DNA from: Octopus bimaculoides
Lineage: Eukaryota
NCBI RefSeq assembly: GCF_001194135.2
Contig: NC_068984.1
Location: 89,316,647 to 89,380,646, forward strand
Reading direction: 5' to 3'
DNA: 64,000 nt
The position numbers were made by a program, and so were the translations under genes. This document shows positions 28,839 through 41,240 of this stretch, piece by piece. The notes beneath the pieces were generated by a model that had not been told where the DNA came from, did not search any database, and worked only from the letters and a program-made list of their open reading frames with translations. Every line of letters begins with the position of its first letter. The stretch's first letter is position 1.

Positions 28839-29369
28839 ACATACACATTCACACACAAAAATGTTTTTATTACAAACTTCAGTAAAAATAATTTTCTGAA
28901 GTTTTTGTATCTGAGTTATCATGACCAAACAAGGAAAATTCAAGAAGTTGTTTTTATTCATGATAAAATCCTGATGAGTTTATGCATCTAACAGATTTCT
29001 TTTAATTTTAAATAAAATACATTTACCTAGTTTCTCATCATTACTATTTTAATATATTTAAAAATGTTGTCAAGTGATGATGAAAAAGAACAAAATCCAA
29101 ATAGTTAAAAAAGTTAGCTGATACACTAATGAAGTTAATGAAGATCATCCATATATTAATTAAGATATATGTAAATAGTTCTAAATAATTATTCAGCCAA
29201 GTAAATGATAACATTGACTATATATGAAAGGAACTCACCAGTTGGAATCTATTAAAAGCATACCTTATGAAGGAAGTATACATTAAATAAACATGGGAGA
29301 AAATATCTATTTACAGAGAGCAGAAATGCTTAATTAGAAAAAATAATTTTTTTAATATGTTAAAAAAAA

Positions 29370-29780
29370 TTATCTGCTAAAAGAAAAATGGCTACTGTCT
29401 GAAGGTGATGTTTTTGTTAAGCGCCCAATTCGAGCAGCATGGGCCTTAAATAAAACTTCATTTATACGATAATAAAATGGATTAGATGATTCATCAAGTT
29501 CAGGCTCATATTTTTTTATGACTGTATGATCAGCAGTATGCCTTGTGTCCAAAAAGGAGTTAGGAGTTTGCTGTTGTGGGTTATAAGGATGAGGGTGGTT
29601 GACTATTGCTGCAGACATATTAGCAGAGGATCCAGAGGCTTCTGAATAGAGTTTTGATTGAGTGTTGTTTAAACAGTCTACTTGTGGAGGTAGATGATGG
29701 AATTGTTGCTGCTGCCAAAGCTTATAATTTTGATCTGGGTGATTGTTCTCAGCTACAGGAGGGTCAGGGCTTGGTGTTGA
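29370..29780 (-). CDS. FAM104/VCF-like gene, terminal exon 4: STPSPDPP...YEPELDESSNPFYYRINEVLFKAHAARIGR...FSFSR*
   Basis: ttctttgttgcag| acceptor and a 136-codon stop-terminated frame. The C-terminal YYRINEVLFKAH resembles the FAM104A/VCF1 helix YFHINQTLREAH (comparison from memory, not a search). Confidence 0.75.
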   Translation of the reverse strand, partial: STPSPDPPVAENNHPDQNYKLWQQQQFHHLPPQVDCLNNTQSKLYSEASGSSANMSAAIVNHPHPYNPQQQTPNSFLDTRHTADHTVIKKYEPELDESSNPFYYRINEVLFKAHAARIGRLTKTSPSDSSHFSFSR

Positions 29781-31304
29781 CTGCAACAAAGAAAGATATT
29801 CAATTTAAAGAAAATAACATTTAAATTAGTTTCAGATTTTTGTGACAGATTTTATCAAAGTAAAGATAAACCAATTTTCTCAATTGCTTAGAACCCCTAA
29901 ACATTGGTAACTATATTTGATAAAATTTGAAGCAATAATTTAACTTTTCAAGATTAACATGCATGAAACAAAAATAAATAATTAATGATCATAAACTTCA
30001 GTCAACATAAAAAATGTAGCATTGATCAATAATTAAGCTCCTTTGTAAACAATGCCAATCCTGTCACAAAATACAATAAAATATAAACAATGTAATTCGT
30101 AGATTCTTCTACCCATTTAAATCAATGTTAAAGATCATTTCATTGTGATTGTTGTTATTTATAGCTCTAGATAAACACATTTCTCAACACCATCTTAAAT
30201 CTAACAGCCTAACTAAGCTAAAACAAACCACTCATATATCATCATTTGTTTTTCTAAGACAACATGTTTCCATGTCTCAATTCAGAATTATTTTTTCCGT
30301 GTTACCTAATATTTGTAAGAGTAACCCTTCTACTTACAAAATCTTCTATGGATAATTTCTCTCATAAATGCCCAGCTCTTTTTCATTCAAAATATATCAT
30401 CCAGTCAATTAGAACATCAGAATGACAACATTATGTTGTTGCTGAATGACAAAGGCTTCTTTTTTAAAAGAATACCAAGTAATTGCAGCTATTCCACATC
30501 AAGGAAGTCCAATACAATCACGTCTATAGTTAGTACTAAAACATTCAGATATGCAAAAGTGAATGGACAACAAACTAGATACATCATACTTCACCTTATG
30601 CAGCTAAATACCATATGATAAAATGAGCTGATGAAGCTAATCAATGACATGGCTCCCTACTTTATAACAGGCTATACTAACACCACACCAATAAATCACC
30701 TACACTGTGAAGCAAACTGACTCCACTCTCAGAAGGATATCAGCTAATAAATAGAATTTAATAATTACCTTCAACATATCTGTTGGTTGCATTAGTAGGT
30801 GAGAGAACTTGATGCTCAATCAATCTGTTCTGTAATCATTAGAGGCTTGATTTTATAATATTGAACAGCTACTAACTCTGTGTCAAACCAAGAAAGTCAG
30901 CTTTCCTATTATTTTATGGTTTTGCTGACTCCTGCTAATCTATAAAACTCTATTGCTGGCCTTATTTACCATTATATTATCTAACTCAAGATCAGTTCTT
31001 CATTTCAACTACGCTCTACAGCTCATTTCTAACAAAGTAAATTGTCAAAAAACAGAAAAAAATACTAGAGCTTCCTTAAGCATTTAGTGTGAAACTTTTT
31101 CCACCCAGCTCTACTTTTAGTCCCCTTCTAGGAGTAACATATCTTAAATGCTTCATGTAAACTACATTTTAGACAACTTTTATCAACAGAAAAACTACAG
31201 TACTGCAACATAGGCTTCAGTCATAATATTCAAATGATTACAGTAGCTGAAAAATCTTTCCTAGGAATCAGTAACTTAAGTTTCATCCAATAGAAATGTT
31301 TTAA

Positions 31305-31479
31305 TCCTTTAACATTTAAACTGGCCATATCCAGCATCTCACACCTAACCTACAATCTCATTTAAAAATATATAATTACATCATTGAAATCTCAAAGCTA
31401 CAAGATAATGCATGATTAATTCAAAACATTTTGAATAAATAAGCATTACATTTGACAGATTAATCTGAATGCTAAAGGG
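31305..31479. mobile_element. piggyBac-like MITE (copy 2)
   Basis: TTAA-TCCTTTAACATT ... AATGCTAAAGGG-TTAA, giving a TTAA target site on both sides. Confidence 0.75.
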
Positions 31480-31823
31480 TTAAACAATTTATACCCAAAA
31501 TTTACTATAGTTTATCTATCTCTTCTTTTGTAGATAATAAATTAACTGAACCTAAATATCAAATATTAATTTACAGCTGAAATAAATACAGGCTTTTATA
31601 AAATATCAAGAATTTAAAGAAATATTTGATCATATTCATAATAAGAAGGTAATAGTAAATGAACAAGTTCATTCATCTATATGGACAAAATTTCATGTAC
31701 TAACAGAAATGTAAACCTATCCCCAACACACAAAATTTTATTTTTACTATTCTTAATTTTTGAAAGAAATAACTAACTTTCATAAGCACATTATGTTCTT
31801 AAGAAGCAGTAGCAAATAATTAC

Positions 31824-31848
31824 CTCATGAGAGCAATCAGGTCTTCCC
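31824..31848 (-). CDS. FAM104/VCF-like gene, 25-nt microexon 3: GRPDCSHE
   Basis: tttatttttcag| and GAG|gtaa boundaries. Its length is exactly what is needed to join phase-2 exon 2 to phase-0 exon 4. Confidence 0.75.
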
Positions 31849-32099
31849 CTGAAAAATAAAGAAAAATAATTAAGTTAATTTAATTGAAAGCAACTACAAG
31901 CACATTAGAAAAACTCAGGTCAAGTATTGTCAAGATTAAGGAATAATCTATGTATATTGATAATAAAAGTTGACTGTAAACTGCAGTCTGCACTGAATTT
32001 CTGGTTATAGTTCATGAAACAGTACAATATAAAGTTTGCTGATACCAGTTGCAGTCATGAAAACTGTAAACAGATGAATACATTGAATCTTACACCATA

Positions 32100-32900
32100 A
32101 TTTACACAACCTTGCCAGACACAGTAAATTTTGAGTTGTAACTGCTGATGTACATGAAGAAGAGTGCATCACAAAATCATCTATTTCTAAGGTCTCCTCT
32201 AATCATTTTGACAAAAACTTCTTGAAAAATCTTTACTGAATTTGAAATAGTCAGTTATTCAAGCTTGTTCTTTGGATGTTGCTCAGAGAAATGCAGGGTC
32301 ATTAGACATTTTAATGCTCCATCTGGAACTGCACTAAAACTAGAGTCTAACTCCATTAACAATGATCATACAGCTGCTGTCGATGAACAAATCAATTTAT
32401 ACATGAAGATATTATATCTCTACTCAGCTCTTCTGTCTGTTCTGTTTATCCAGCAAAGAACAAAGTTTGCTGAAACTACAAATCAGTTGGACATTTTTCA
32501 CAAGAATATTGCTCAAAGAGAGTGACATTAGCATCCACAATCCTTACTACAACAAGCATACATCAAGGAAATGGACATATATCAGCATATATTTGGCTAA
32601 CCAATGTTCTATGTTTCAGTGCCATCAGTTTCAAAGATGATGTTTGAAAGATTCCTGCTCCCAAAGTGGAGTAATGTCTTCATATTGGCTGGCTACTCAA
32701 ACAGCCTGTTTACAGATTTCAAACCACCTTGTGAGGCTTTTCTCTCAAATGTTAAGTGTAAATGTTTTACTTAACCTGTGTTCGTCTATGAATCTGAGAC
32801 ATGACTTTCCTAAAAGTCCTCTAGTTGAAGCTAGAAAATGTAATTCTCATCAGCTATATAAACCCACAGCTCTTCCACCTGTAACTAGTTTGATAAGTGC
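32100..32900 (-). mobile_element. Highly degraded CR1-like LINE RT fragment
   Basis: Minus-strand remnants KVMSQI...KPHK, resembling the KAFDKVPH region. Many stops. Confidence 0.4.
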
Positions 32901-33011
32901 CAATGCATGAAACTCTTGGACCTTGAGTCACTCTGTTGCTTCAGCTAAATGTTAATAAAAATATACTTATACTCAAAATTTTTCCTGTTTGCATCACCAT
33001 ACCTGTATATA

Positions 33012-34130
33012 CAGGGTGCATAAGATATTTGAGGATAGATTTATGTTTATATAAAAAAAAAACAGATATATAATAACAGATAACTTTATTTAGCAAAAAG
33101 TGCTATGAGGATAAAAATAATCCTTCTTTTCTATAATGTTATTCAATAAAGCAACCTTCAGCTTCAACAACTGCTTCTATATGAATCAAGTGGTCCTGGC
33201 TCATTTTGGACATTACTCTGATTATGGCAGCTTTCAAAGGATCTTTGGTGTTATGGGCTTGTTCATTGACCACTCTCTCTCAACAACGCTCCACATGTAA
33301 TAGTCCAATGGATTGAGATCTGGGGAATTAGGAGGCCAAATGTTAGGGGTTATGTGATCGTGAAAATTTTCAGTCATCCATTCCTGTCTTACTAGAGCCA
33401 TTTGTGATAGTGCAGAGTCTTACTGAAACACATATGGCTTTCCATTGCATATACTGTCTATCCAGGGCATAACTATTGTTTCCAGGACCTCAATGTAGGC
33501 GACAGAGTTAACTCTAAGGCCTTGTGGAAAGAAGTAAGGAGCTTCATTGTTTACAACCCCTAAAACCATGACAGTTGCAGGGAATTTTGTATGCATAACA
33601 CTTGGAACTTCAGAAGGGTCTGCACATAACCATCTGTCATTTCTTGTTAACTTTTTGATCTTTCTCGTTTGAGAAAAACCAAATCAAATCATCTTCTGCT
33701 GGATTTTTCCGTTTGTTTAAGAACGTTTTAGATTTGATGTAGTGATTTTCTTTTGCTTTTTCTGACAAACTGACTTTTCCTCATCATATAAGACTTCTGT
33801 CTGATGTCTTCATGGACAACATTTCTGACTGTTCCTTCTGACACATGGAAATCTTTTGCAATTGACCTCATGGACTTTCTGGGACTGTAATCAATGGTCT
33901 GTTGAACTTGCTGGATAAATTCAAGCATTCTGATGATTTCAGAGCGTTTAGAATGCTTTTTATGCTTTAATACTGGTGATACGTTTCCATCTTCAGTCTC
34001 TAGCTCCATACAAACTTTGTAGATGAAAGATCTGGTGACTTTTAAAAATCAAGATATTTCTAAATCGTTGTGCTCAGCCTTTATAATCACAATAACAACA
34101 TGCTTCCTCATTTCTTAAGCTGAGGGTCTG
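33012..34130 (-). mobile_element. Degenerate mariner/maT-like (DD37D-type) transposon
   Basis: TA-CAGGGTGC end at 33010-33019. Minus ORF 33728-34009 contains SPRKSMRSIAKDFHVSEGTVRNVVHED (HTH). The right boundary is approximate. Confidence 0.7.
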
Positions 34131-34227
34131 CCATTATTATTTTCTGGAATAAGGATTGTACAGAGTTAACAAAAAATGCAGTAATGACCCAACAAAGGTA
34201 TGTCCTCAAATACCTTATGCATAAGGT

Positions 34228-34269
<42 letters not shown>

Positions 34270-34580
34270 TGTGTATTTCTTCTATCTTAATGAATAAAAA
34301 TTCTTCTGATAGAATAAATGGGTTAATAGAAACCAATGTAGCAAAGAACACAGGTTGTAATCCTTTGAAACATATGTAGGAATAAAGTATGCAATTATAA
34401 CATGCGTTTTCTCCATTCCTTAAATTCTTATACTCAAATACCCAAAATTTCAAGGAGTTCCTGCCTTAAAAACAGGAACTAAACCACAGTTATTTTGTGT
34501 TCTTTGCTACATTGGTTTCTATTAACCCATTTATTCTATCAGAAGAATTTTTATTCATTAAGATAGAAGAAATACACATA

Positions 34581-34611
<31 letters not shown>

Positions 34612-35379
34612 AGTGGTCAAATGGAATGCTGCTTGGCTGACCAAGACATCAACTTGGCAATGACACCCTGGTCTCATGCCACTTCCACTCCACCAGTCAT
34701 TCACTACATCTGTCTGTGTTTGAACTGTCTCTGCACAGAGACCACCTGGACTCATGCCTTTGCCATGAACAGGAATTAATCTTCTTCCTTTATTCCTTTG
34801 CTCCTTATGGTCTCAATTTGCCACCTCTCTTCATCTAACACCAACCCCACAGATTCCCTTGCACCTCCCACATTCAACTGCCCCTCCTCTCCACCCCCAC
34901 ACTGCCTAACTCGGTACCCTCAACACACACCACTATATAAACACCCCTACATATTATTCAATTCAGTACACACCACACACCATTATGCATACTCCCACAC
35001 CCACTCACATGCATTCACACACACCTTCCCACACCATACACTCAAGCACCCAATATCTGCCTACCTACACCTCACACCTCTATGCATTCTCCCACAACAC
35101 ACAGTATGCACTCCAAAAAGCACAAAACTCCTGAACACAAACAATATACAAACATATGCATAAACACAACTACTTTTGCATACAAACATACACAATACAC
35201 ATGGACACTATAGGGTCACAGACACACATACACATCACCTGAACAAGCACACATCAACTGCTAAGTACAAGCATTTGCATATGCATGCACACGCACAAAT
35301 ACACATCACACTCTAGGTTACTTGTATACATACACAGGCCCATGCATTTGTGCACACATGATAACCCCACACATATGTA

Positions 35380-36231
35380 CAGGGTGCAGTGAATATATTG
35401 TCGTCTAAATTACACAAAAATGAAAATAACACTGACATCTCATTTTAACGGATATACTTATCACCAAAATTACTAAATACTAAAGAATAAATTTATTCAG
35501 CAAAATCGCCATTGGCTTCAACCTCAGCATCCAGACGACTTTGGAATCTCCTGCAACTCTTCTGGATGGTCTCCTTGTTGCTGAATGCTGCCATAATCCT
35601 TGCCTTCAGTTCATCTTTGGTGTTACAAGGAGTTTTGTTGGTCTCTTGCTTAACTGTGCCCCACACATAATAATCAAGAGGGTTGCAGTCTGGGGAGTGG
35701 CCAGATGTTAGGGGTGATGTGGTTGCAGAAATTGTCTGACAGCCATGACTGTGTTCTCCTGCTTGTGTGAAATGGTGCAAAGTCCTGTTGCCAGACATAG
35801 GGTCTTCCAGCAGTCACCCTCTTGACCCAGGGCAGCACTACCTCCTCCAGGCACTTGATGTAGGCCTGTGTTGAGTCTGAAGTTGTGTGGGAAGATGAAT
35901 GGAGGCATAACGTCACCACCACTAGTGATCACTCCACACACCGTGATGTTGACTGGATGTTTGATTTTTATCACTCTCGGTACATGCACCGCACTCAGAT
36001 TGACCCCAAACACTCTGAAATGCTCATATTGGAGCTTCCAGTGCGAATGCCAAGCAGTACAGCATGTTGTTTTCAAATTTCTGGCAGAGTGAAATGTGTC
36101 ATGGTATTGTTTTTCTCAGACAGTGCCCAAGTGATGCTACTATACAGTGTAGTCAACAAAATCAAAAACAAACAATGTGCATGCGCGAAATTAAAATTAT
36201 AAAATGGCGACAATTTACCCATCGCACCCTG
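35380..36231 (-). mobile_element. Internally deleted maT/DD37D mariner-like transposon
   Basis: TIRs CAGGGTGCAGTG...ATTGTCG and CGACAATTTACCCATCGCACCCTG. Minus fragments PYVWQQDFAPFH and SPDCNPLDYYVWG. Confidence 0.85.
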
Positions 36232-36505
36232 CACATACGTCCATAGGCAGACACACATACACACCAGTACATGAAATGCACATCGCTCCACATATGTACG
36301 CACTAGGTTACTTATAAAAATAAACACACACACACAGGGCCACATAATTTTAAGCTTGTCCACACATACATACGCATGTACTCGCCCCCATTCACAATAC
36401 ACACACACATGCTTGTGCACCTTAGTTCATCTGGGTCACCATTATTATCTCCCTTTCATTAAGCCTTTTTCTTCCAGCCATTTCATCATGTTGAACTGTT
36501 AATCC

Positions 36506-36890
36506 CTCTTTTACTCTTTTATTTGTTTCAGTCATTTGACTGCGGCCATGCTGGAGCACTGCCTTTAGTCGAGCAAATCAACCCGGGACTTATTCTTTGT
36601 AAGCCTAGTACTTATTCTATCGGTCTCTTTTGCCGAACTGCTAAGTTACACCAGCATCAGTTGTCAAGCAATGCTAGGGGGACAAACACAGACACACAAA
36701 CATATACATATATATATATATATATACGACGGGCTTCTTTCAGTTTCCGTCTACCAAATCCACTCACAAGGCTTTGATCGGCCCGAGGCTATAGCAGAAG
36801 ACACTTGCCCAAGGTGCCACGCAGTGGGAATGAACCCGGAACCATGTGGTTGGTAAGCAAGCTACTTACCACACAGCCACTCCTGCGCCT
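36506..36890 (-). mobile_element. tRNA-derived SINE family A (central TA/CA microsatellite), well-preserved copy
   Basis: Head GGCGCAGGAGTGGCTGTGTGGTAAG...GGTTCATTCCC. Other copies at about 4200-4380 (-), 5737-6128 (+), 24555-24720 (+), 28427-28838 (+), 52981-53150 (+) and 58790-58880 (-). Confidence 0.85.
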
Positions 36891-37439
36891 ATACATTTTT
36901 TCTCCAAATCTTTTCTGTCAAAGAGCGTAGGCTTGAAACATCAAAGACTTTTTCGTTTTTTCTGAGTGTTAAGCTAATACACCAGCTTGTTGTTCCTTCA
37001 CCTGTCTTCGTCTTTTGTCTTCTGTAAATTTGAACTATATACATATCTATGTGTGTGTCTCTGTCCCCCACTACCATTTAACAACCAGGGTTGGCATGTA
37101 TATGTCCCAATAACTTAGCAGTTTGACAAAAGAAACCAATAGAATAAGCACCAGGTTGATAAGTTTGATTAAAATTTTCAAGGCAGTGCCTCAGCATGGT
37201 TACAGTCTTACGACTGAAACAAGATAACAGATTAGTGAATAATGACAAATGTCCCCACCACTAAACACCCATTTGTTATCTAAGTTACACAGTATAAAAT
37301 AATTACGTGCAATTTAATCTAGGAAAATTGAAACCTTTCCTTGATTACCTGATGCCATGCAATGCTAAATAACTATTATGACCCTTAGATTTCTTTAGTT
37401 ACTTCTCTAACTGGGTGTCCATTCTCTGAACTTGGTCAA

Positions 37440-38330
37440 CTGCTAGAAATCTTCATTTTCCTTTGCAAAAATGTCACTTATTTGCTTTACCTCTGCTTAA
37501 AACATTAATAGTTAATGATCCAGTTTCATTGATCTTATCTGAAGGGCCACTACATACTAATACTGATGCTTTTGAAACTGTAATTTCAATTATCCTTCCA
37601 CAGTGTAATAAACCTGTTCCTTTATTCCTCAGAAAATTGTTTTGCCCTGAACAAAGTCTCCCAGCAACTGAAAAGAAGGCTAGGGCTATCACAGAAAGTT
37701 TTAAGAGAATTAAAAAAAATTTATTTCAAGACTATTTTACATGAAACATCGACCCACAAGTGATCTCATATTTAAAGGGTTAGTCGCAAAAGTAGAGGAA
37801 AAACAAGCAACAAGATTTTCACTGGCACATTGAAATAGCACCACTCTACAACTATAGTGTCTGAAACATATCAAGCAAAGATAAGGTTGCTCGTGATGCT
37901 TTTACCAGATGTTCCTCTATAATATTCCCTGGTATCACAAATTCAGGTAATCTTTTGCATCATTCTGCAATAACTTGATTATGGCACTACATCAGATTTA
38001 AGGACTTGTAATTTTTTTCAGGAGATGTTACAAAAATCTGTGATAACTGTATCATATACTCCTCCCATCCTCTTCATGGACTTATCAAGTTCACATAATT
38101 ATTTGAGTGCCTCAGTATCAACTTCAAAGGTCTTCTAATCTTATATAACTCTTACCACTAACTGATTGTGATTATAGATGAATGCTCAAGATCTCCCTTT
38201 GTAACTGTGCATTTTGGTATGAGAGTTGCTTCAACACATTTCTCAGGTTTGGTGCTCCAGTTTCACTCTACTCAAACCAAGGATCTCAATTTGTCTTGAG
38301 ATCTCCATATCAACCAACTAAAAACAGTCA
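37440..38330 (+). mobile_element. Degraded Ty3/Gypsy pol fragment (RNase H to integrase zinc finger)
   Basis: TDAFETVISIILPQCNKPVPLFLRKL..EQSLPATEKKARAITES and KDKVARDAFTR match Gypsy RNase H motifs. Confidence 0.65.
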
Positions 38331-38942
38331 AGTAAAATAACTAAATGCAATTTTAAGAACAATAATGCTCTTCATTCAAGATGGCCAACAGAAAAATGGT
38401 TTTAAGAAAAACATTTCATGTGACTAGATTCTTCACCTAATATTTCATGATAGGCTAATTTTTAATGTTGTTCATCAATAACTTGGTCTTTATTTGGTGG
38501 CACCCTGAAGTTGGAGAAAATTTGCTAAGACACTTTAATCCTAACAATAAATATATGCCAAGGTTGATTAATGATTAATGCTAGTCGTCACTATTTTTGT
38601 TTCAGATACCCTTGTGATCAAATTAATACTGTCTTAACTAAAGTTATAATTCTATCTAGAAGACTTCTCTGTAAGAATTGATGAAACTCTAGTTCCACTG
38701 AGGAGTATTCCATTGGTAATTGCTGCAAGGCTGACTTGAAGAATCTAATTCAAGCAAGCTTTGGATCTGCTGATGACTATGCTGAAAAGTACACAAGTTC
38801 AGGAAATGTGTGAACAGGAAAATCTCTTTATCACTAAACCCAACTTAGTCTACAAACTTCTGCAAATTATAAAATCTCTTTAGTTCCATAACATACAATA
38901 TTATTGAAAACTTTGATACAGAAATGATTGCTTTAAACTTAC

Positions 38943-39029
38943 TCAATATAGAGGCTATTTATTCTTTTAGATATCGGAATACTTTCATCAAATTCATCCT
39001 CAAGATTCCGAGGTCGTTTGCGACAGCAA
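38943..39029 (-). CDS. FAM104/VCF-like gene, exon 2: CCRKRPRNLEDEFDESIPISKRINSLYI(E)
   Basis: Long pyrimidine tract with cctag| acceptor and |gtaagt donor, 87 nt, phase 2/2. Basic RKRPR...SKR bipartite-NLS-like motif. Confidence 0.8.
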
Positions 39030-39849
39030 CTAGGAAAAGAAAGAAAAAAAAAAAAACATTAAAGCAGGAATATACAAAAAATATTGAAAATGATCTATGG
39101 AAGGCAAATTAAATATTTAAACAGAAATTAGGCATAGAATGGCATAATTCTAAATGCTTTATTAAATTAGTGTTAAGAGCTTTTGTAATTCTGTTCAAAA
39201 CCTATACAAGAATCATTAAACCACTCCTCTAAAACAGATTTTCTTCTATCAGAAACCAAAATATAGCTTTGTAAAAGCAAAAATACTACAAAATAAGACT
39301 ACTTGAGCAAAGCTAACCAGGTTAAATTTACATAATGGAATGCAGTGGTCCCTACTGTCATCACTAGCTGACTTTAAAGACTAGAGTAACTCCAATCTAC
39401 ACTCCAAAAATTTAGATCAACTGATTTTACTGGTTGTTGCTTTTACATTTGAACAAGGTGCTTTTGTCTAATTGCTTGGATAATCTTAGAATGACATATG
39501 TGAGATTGTACTGCATTCTAGTTTTTTTTCCCCAGCAAAAGGTCTAGTTTAATGCATTTGGCATAATGTTTAGTGTAGAGTCTAAGAAAGACAAATCAGG
39601 TGGGTGCACAGGGTGAGCTAGAGCAGAGGTGGTGAACAGATTGCTAATTCAGTAGAGTAAAAGCTAAGTAAAAAAAATGGTAAAAGATTTAGTGAGAAGA
39701 ACTAGCATTATCTTTCAGACAGTGTAATGACAAGTGAATCAATCAATCAATCAATCAATCAATCACATAAATTTTTATTACATTGCTGAGTGCTACATTA
39801 GCGCCAGGTTAAATGCATGAATAATATTCTAATATTTGTTTACTTTGCA

Positions 39850-41240
39850 GAGAGTCAGCAACTTAGACCTTGAGATGCAAATTTAACTCTTTTGGAGGGA
39901 CATAACGAGAACATTTGCCAAGGGTAGTTAAGGTAGAATTGGTAATATTGAGAGATTTGAGGGGAAATAATTGTTGTGTAGCAGTATGATATGAGGTATG
40001 TAGATATCAAACAATCATGAGATGGTCGAGATGATAATGGTTGTGTAAAGATCAGATTTAAAGACAAAAAAAGAGATCTAGAATGTTGAGAGTTTTCTAT
40101 ATTCATCTAATATTTGAACAAGTAATTAATGTTGCTGGTTTAAACTGTTCAATATAGAAGAACATTTGGCCTGTGTTGGTTTGAGAGGAGTGTGAGAAAA
40201 AGAAATAAGGTCCATTGAAAGTCATTGAACTAACTTCTTCTGAGAGTTGAGATAGATGTCCTTCATACAGAGAAAATAAAAATGTTGGTGTTTGGATGTT
40301 TAAAGAGTGGTAGAGAGAGCAAATAAAATTAAGGAGTGGGTAAGACAAAGTTCGAGTCAGAGTAACTTTATTATGAATGTTAAATGAGGTGGGAAAATGG
40401 ATTTAATATATATGTAAACTTCACCTTCAGAATGTTTGAATATAGAATGTAGCATGGATAGCGAGTTCGTATTAGTAGGTATCACTGTAGAGCTCTATAG
40501 AAGGGACAACAAGCACTGGTTGATCATGCAAAAACCCACTTTTTGCTTGATCACATTTTTATGTCAAAATACATTTTTTCCATGGACAATTATATATCAT
40601 TTGAAAGTTCTGGATGTGAACTTTCCTCTCATATACTTTTGATCAAAATCCAACACTTACAATATCATGTCAGGTCTCTTTAATCACCATCATATTTCCA
40701 CCCATTCGCAATGTTTGTTCCATTTTTGTTTTTGACTGCTGAACAGTAGTGCTCGTTCAAGATAAAGTACAGTAGAAATTAGATCTAAATATTCTCAAAA
40801 ATTCATTGATACTGAGAGATTTGTTACCAGATGGATTGACATGTGGTATGCATGTTAGTAGTTGGAGAGTAGGGTTGGAGTCTACAGATACAAGAGTAGA
40901 GAAGTGAGAATTGTCCAGTGGAGTGTTTCTTGTTCATTTATTAGTATTTTTATGGTTTGGAAGGGAAATAGGAGACTTTAGCTAGATGCTAACTATTGTT
41001 TTGTCCCTGTTAGTAGCCCAGTAGTTAGTCAGTGATATCAAATGAGTCTCTTGAAATCTTGTTCCCAGATGAGGAGGGACATCAATATAAACAGGGGTCA
41101 AGTTACTGGTTTACATAACAGCTGTTAGGGAGCCTAGAAAGTGTAGTTGAAAACAAAGCATAGAAAGGCTGTTATCCTCAAACTGAGACCTGACTTCACT
41201 GATGAGGCCACAATAAAACCGTAACTTGTCCAGAATTGCC
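39850..41240. mobile_element. Very degraded retroelement, possibly Penelope-like
   Basis: Purine-skewed + strand similar in composition to the 61.3-62.1 kb copy. Ends in a CTGATGAGGCC...GTAACTTGTC hammerhead-like remnant. Confidence 0.3.
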
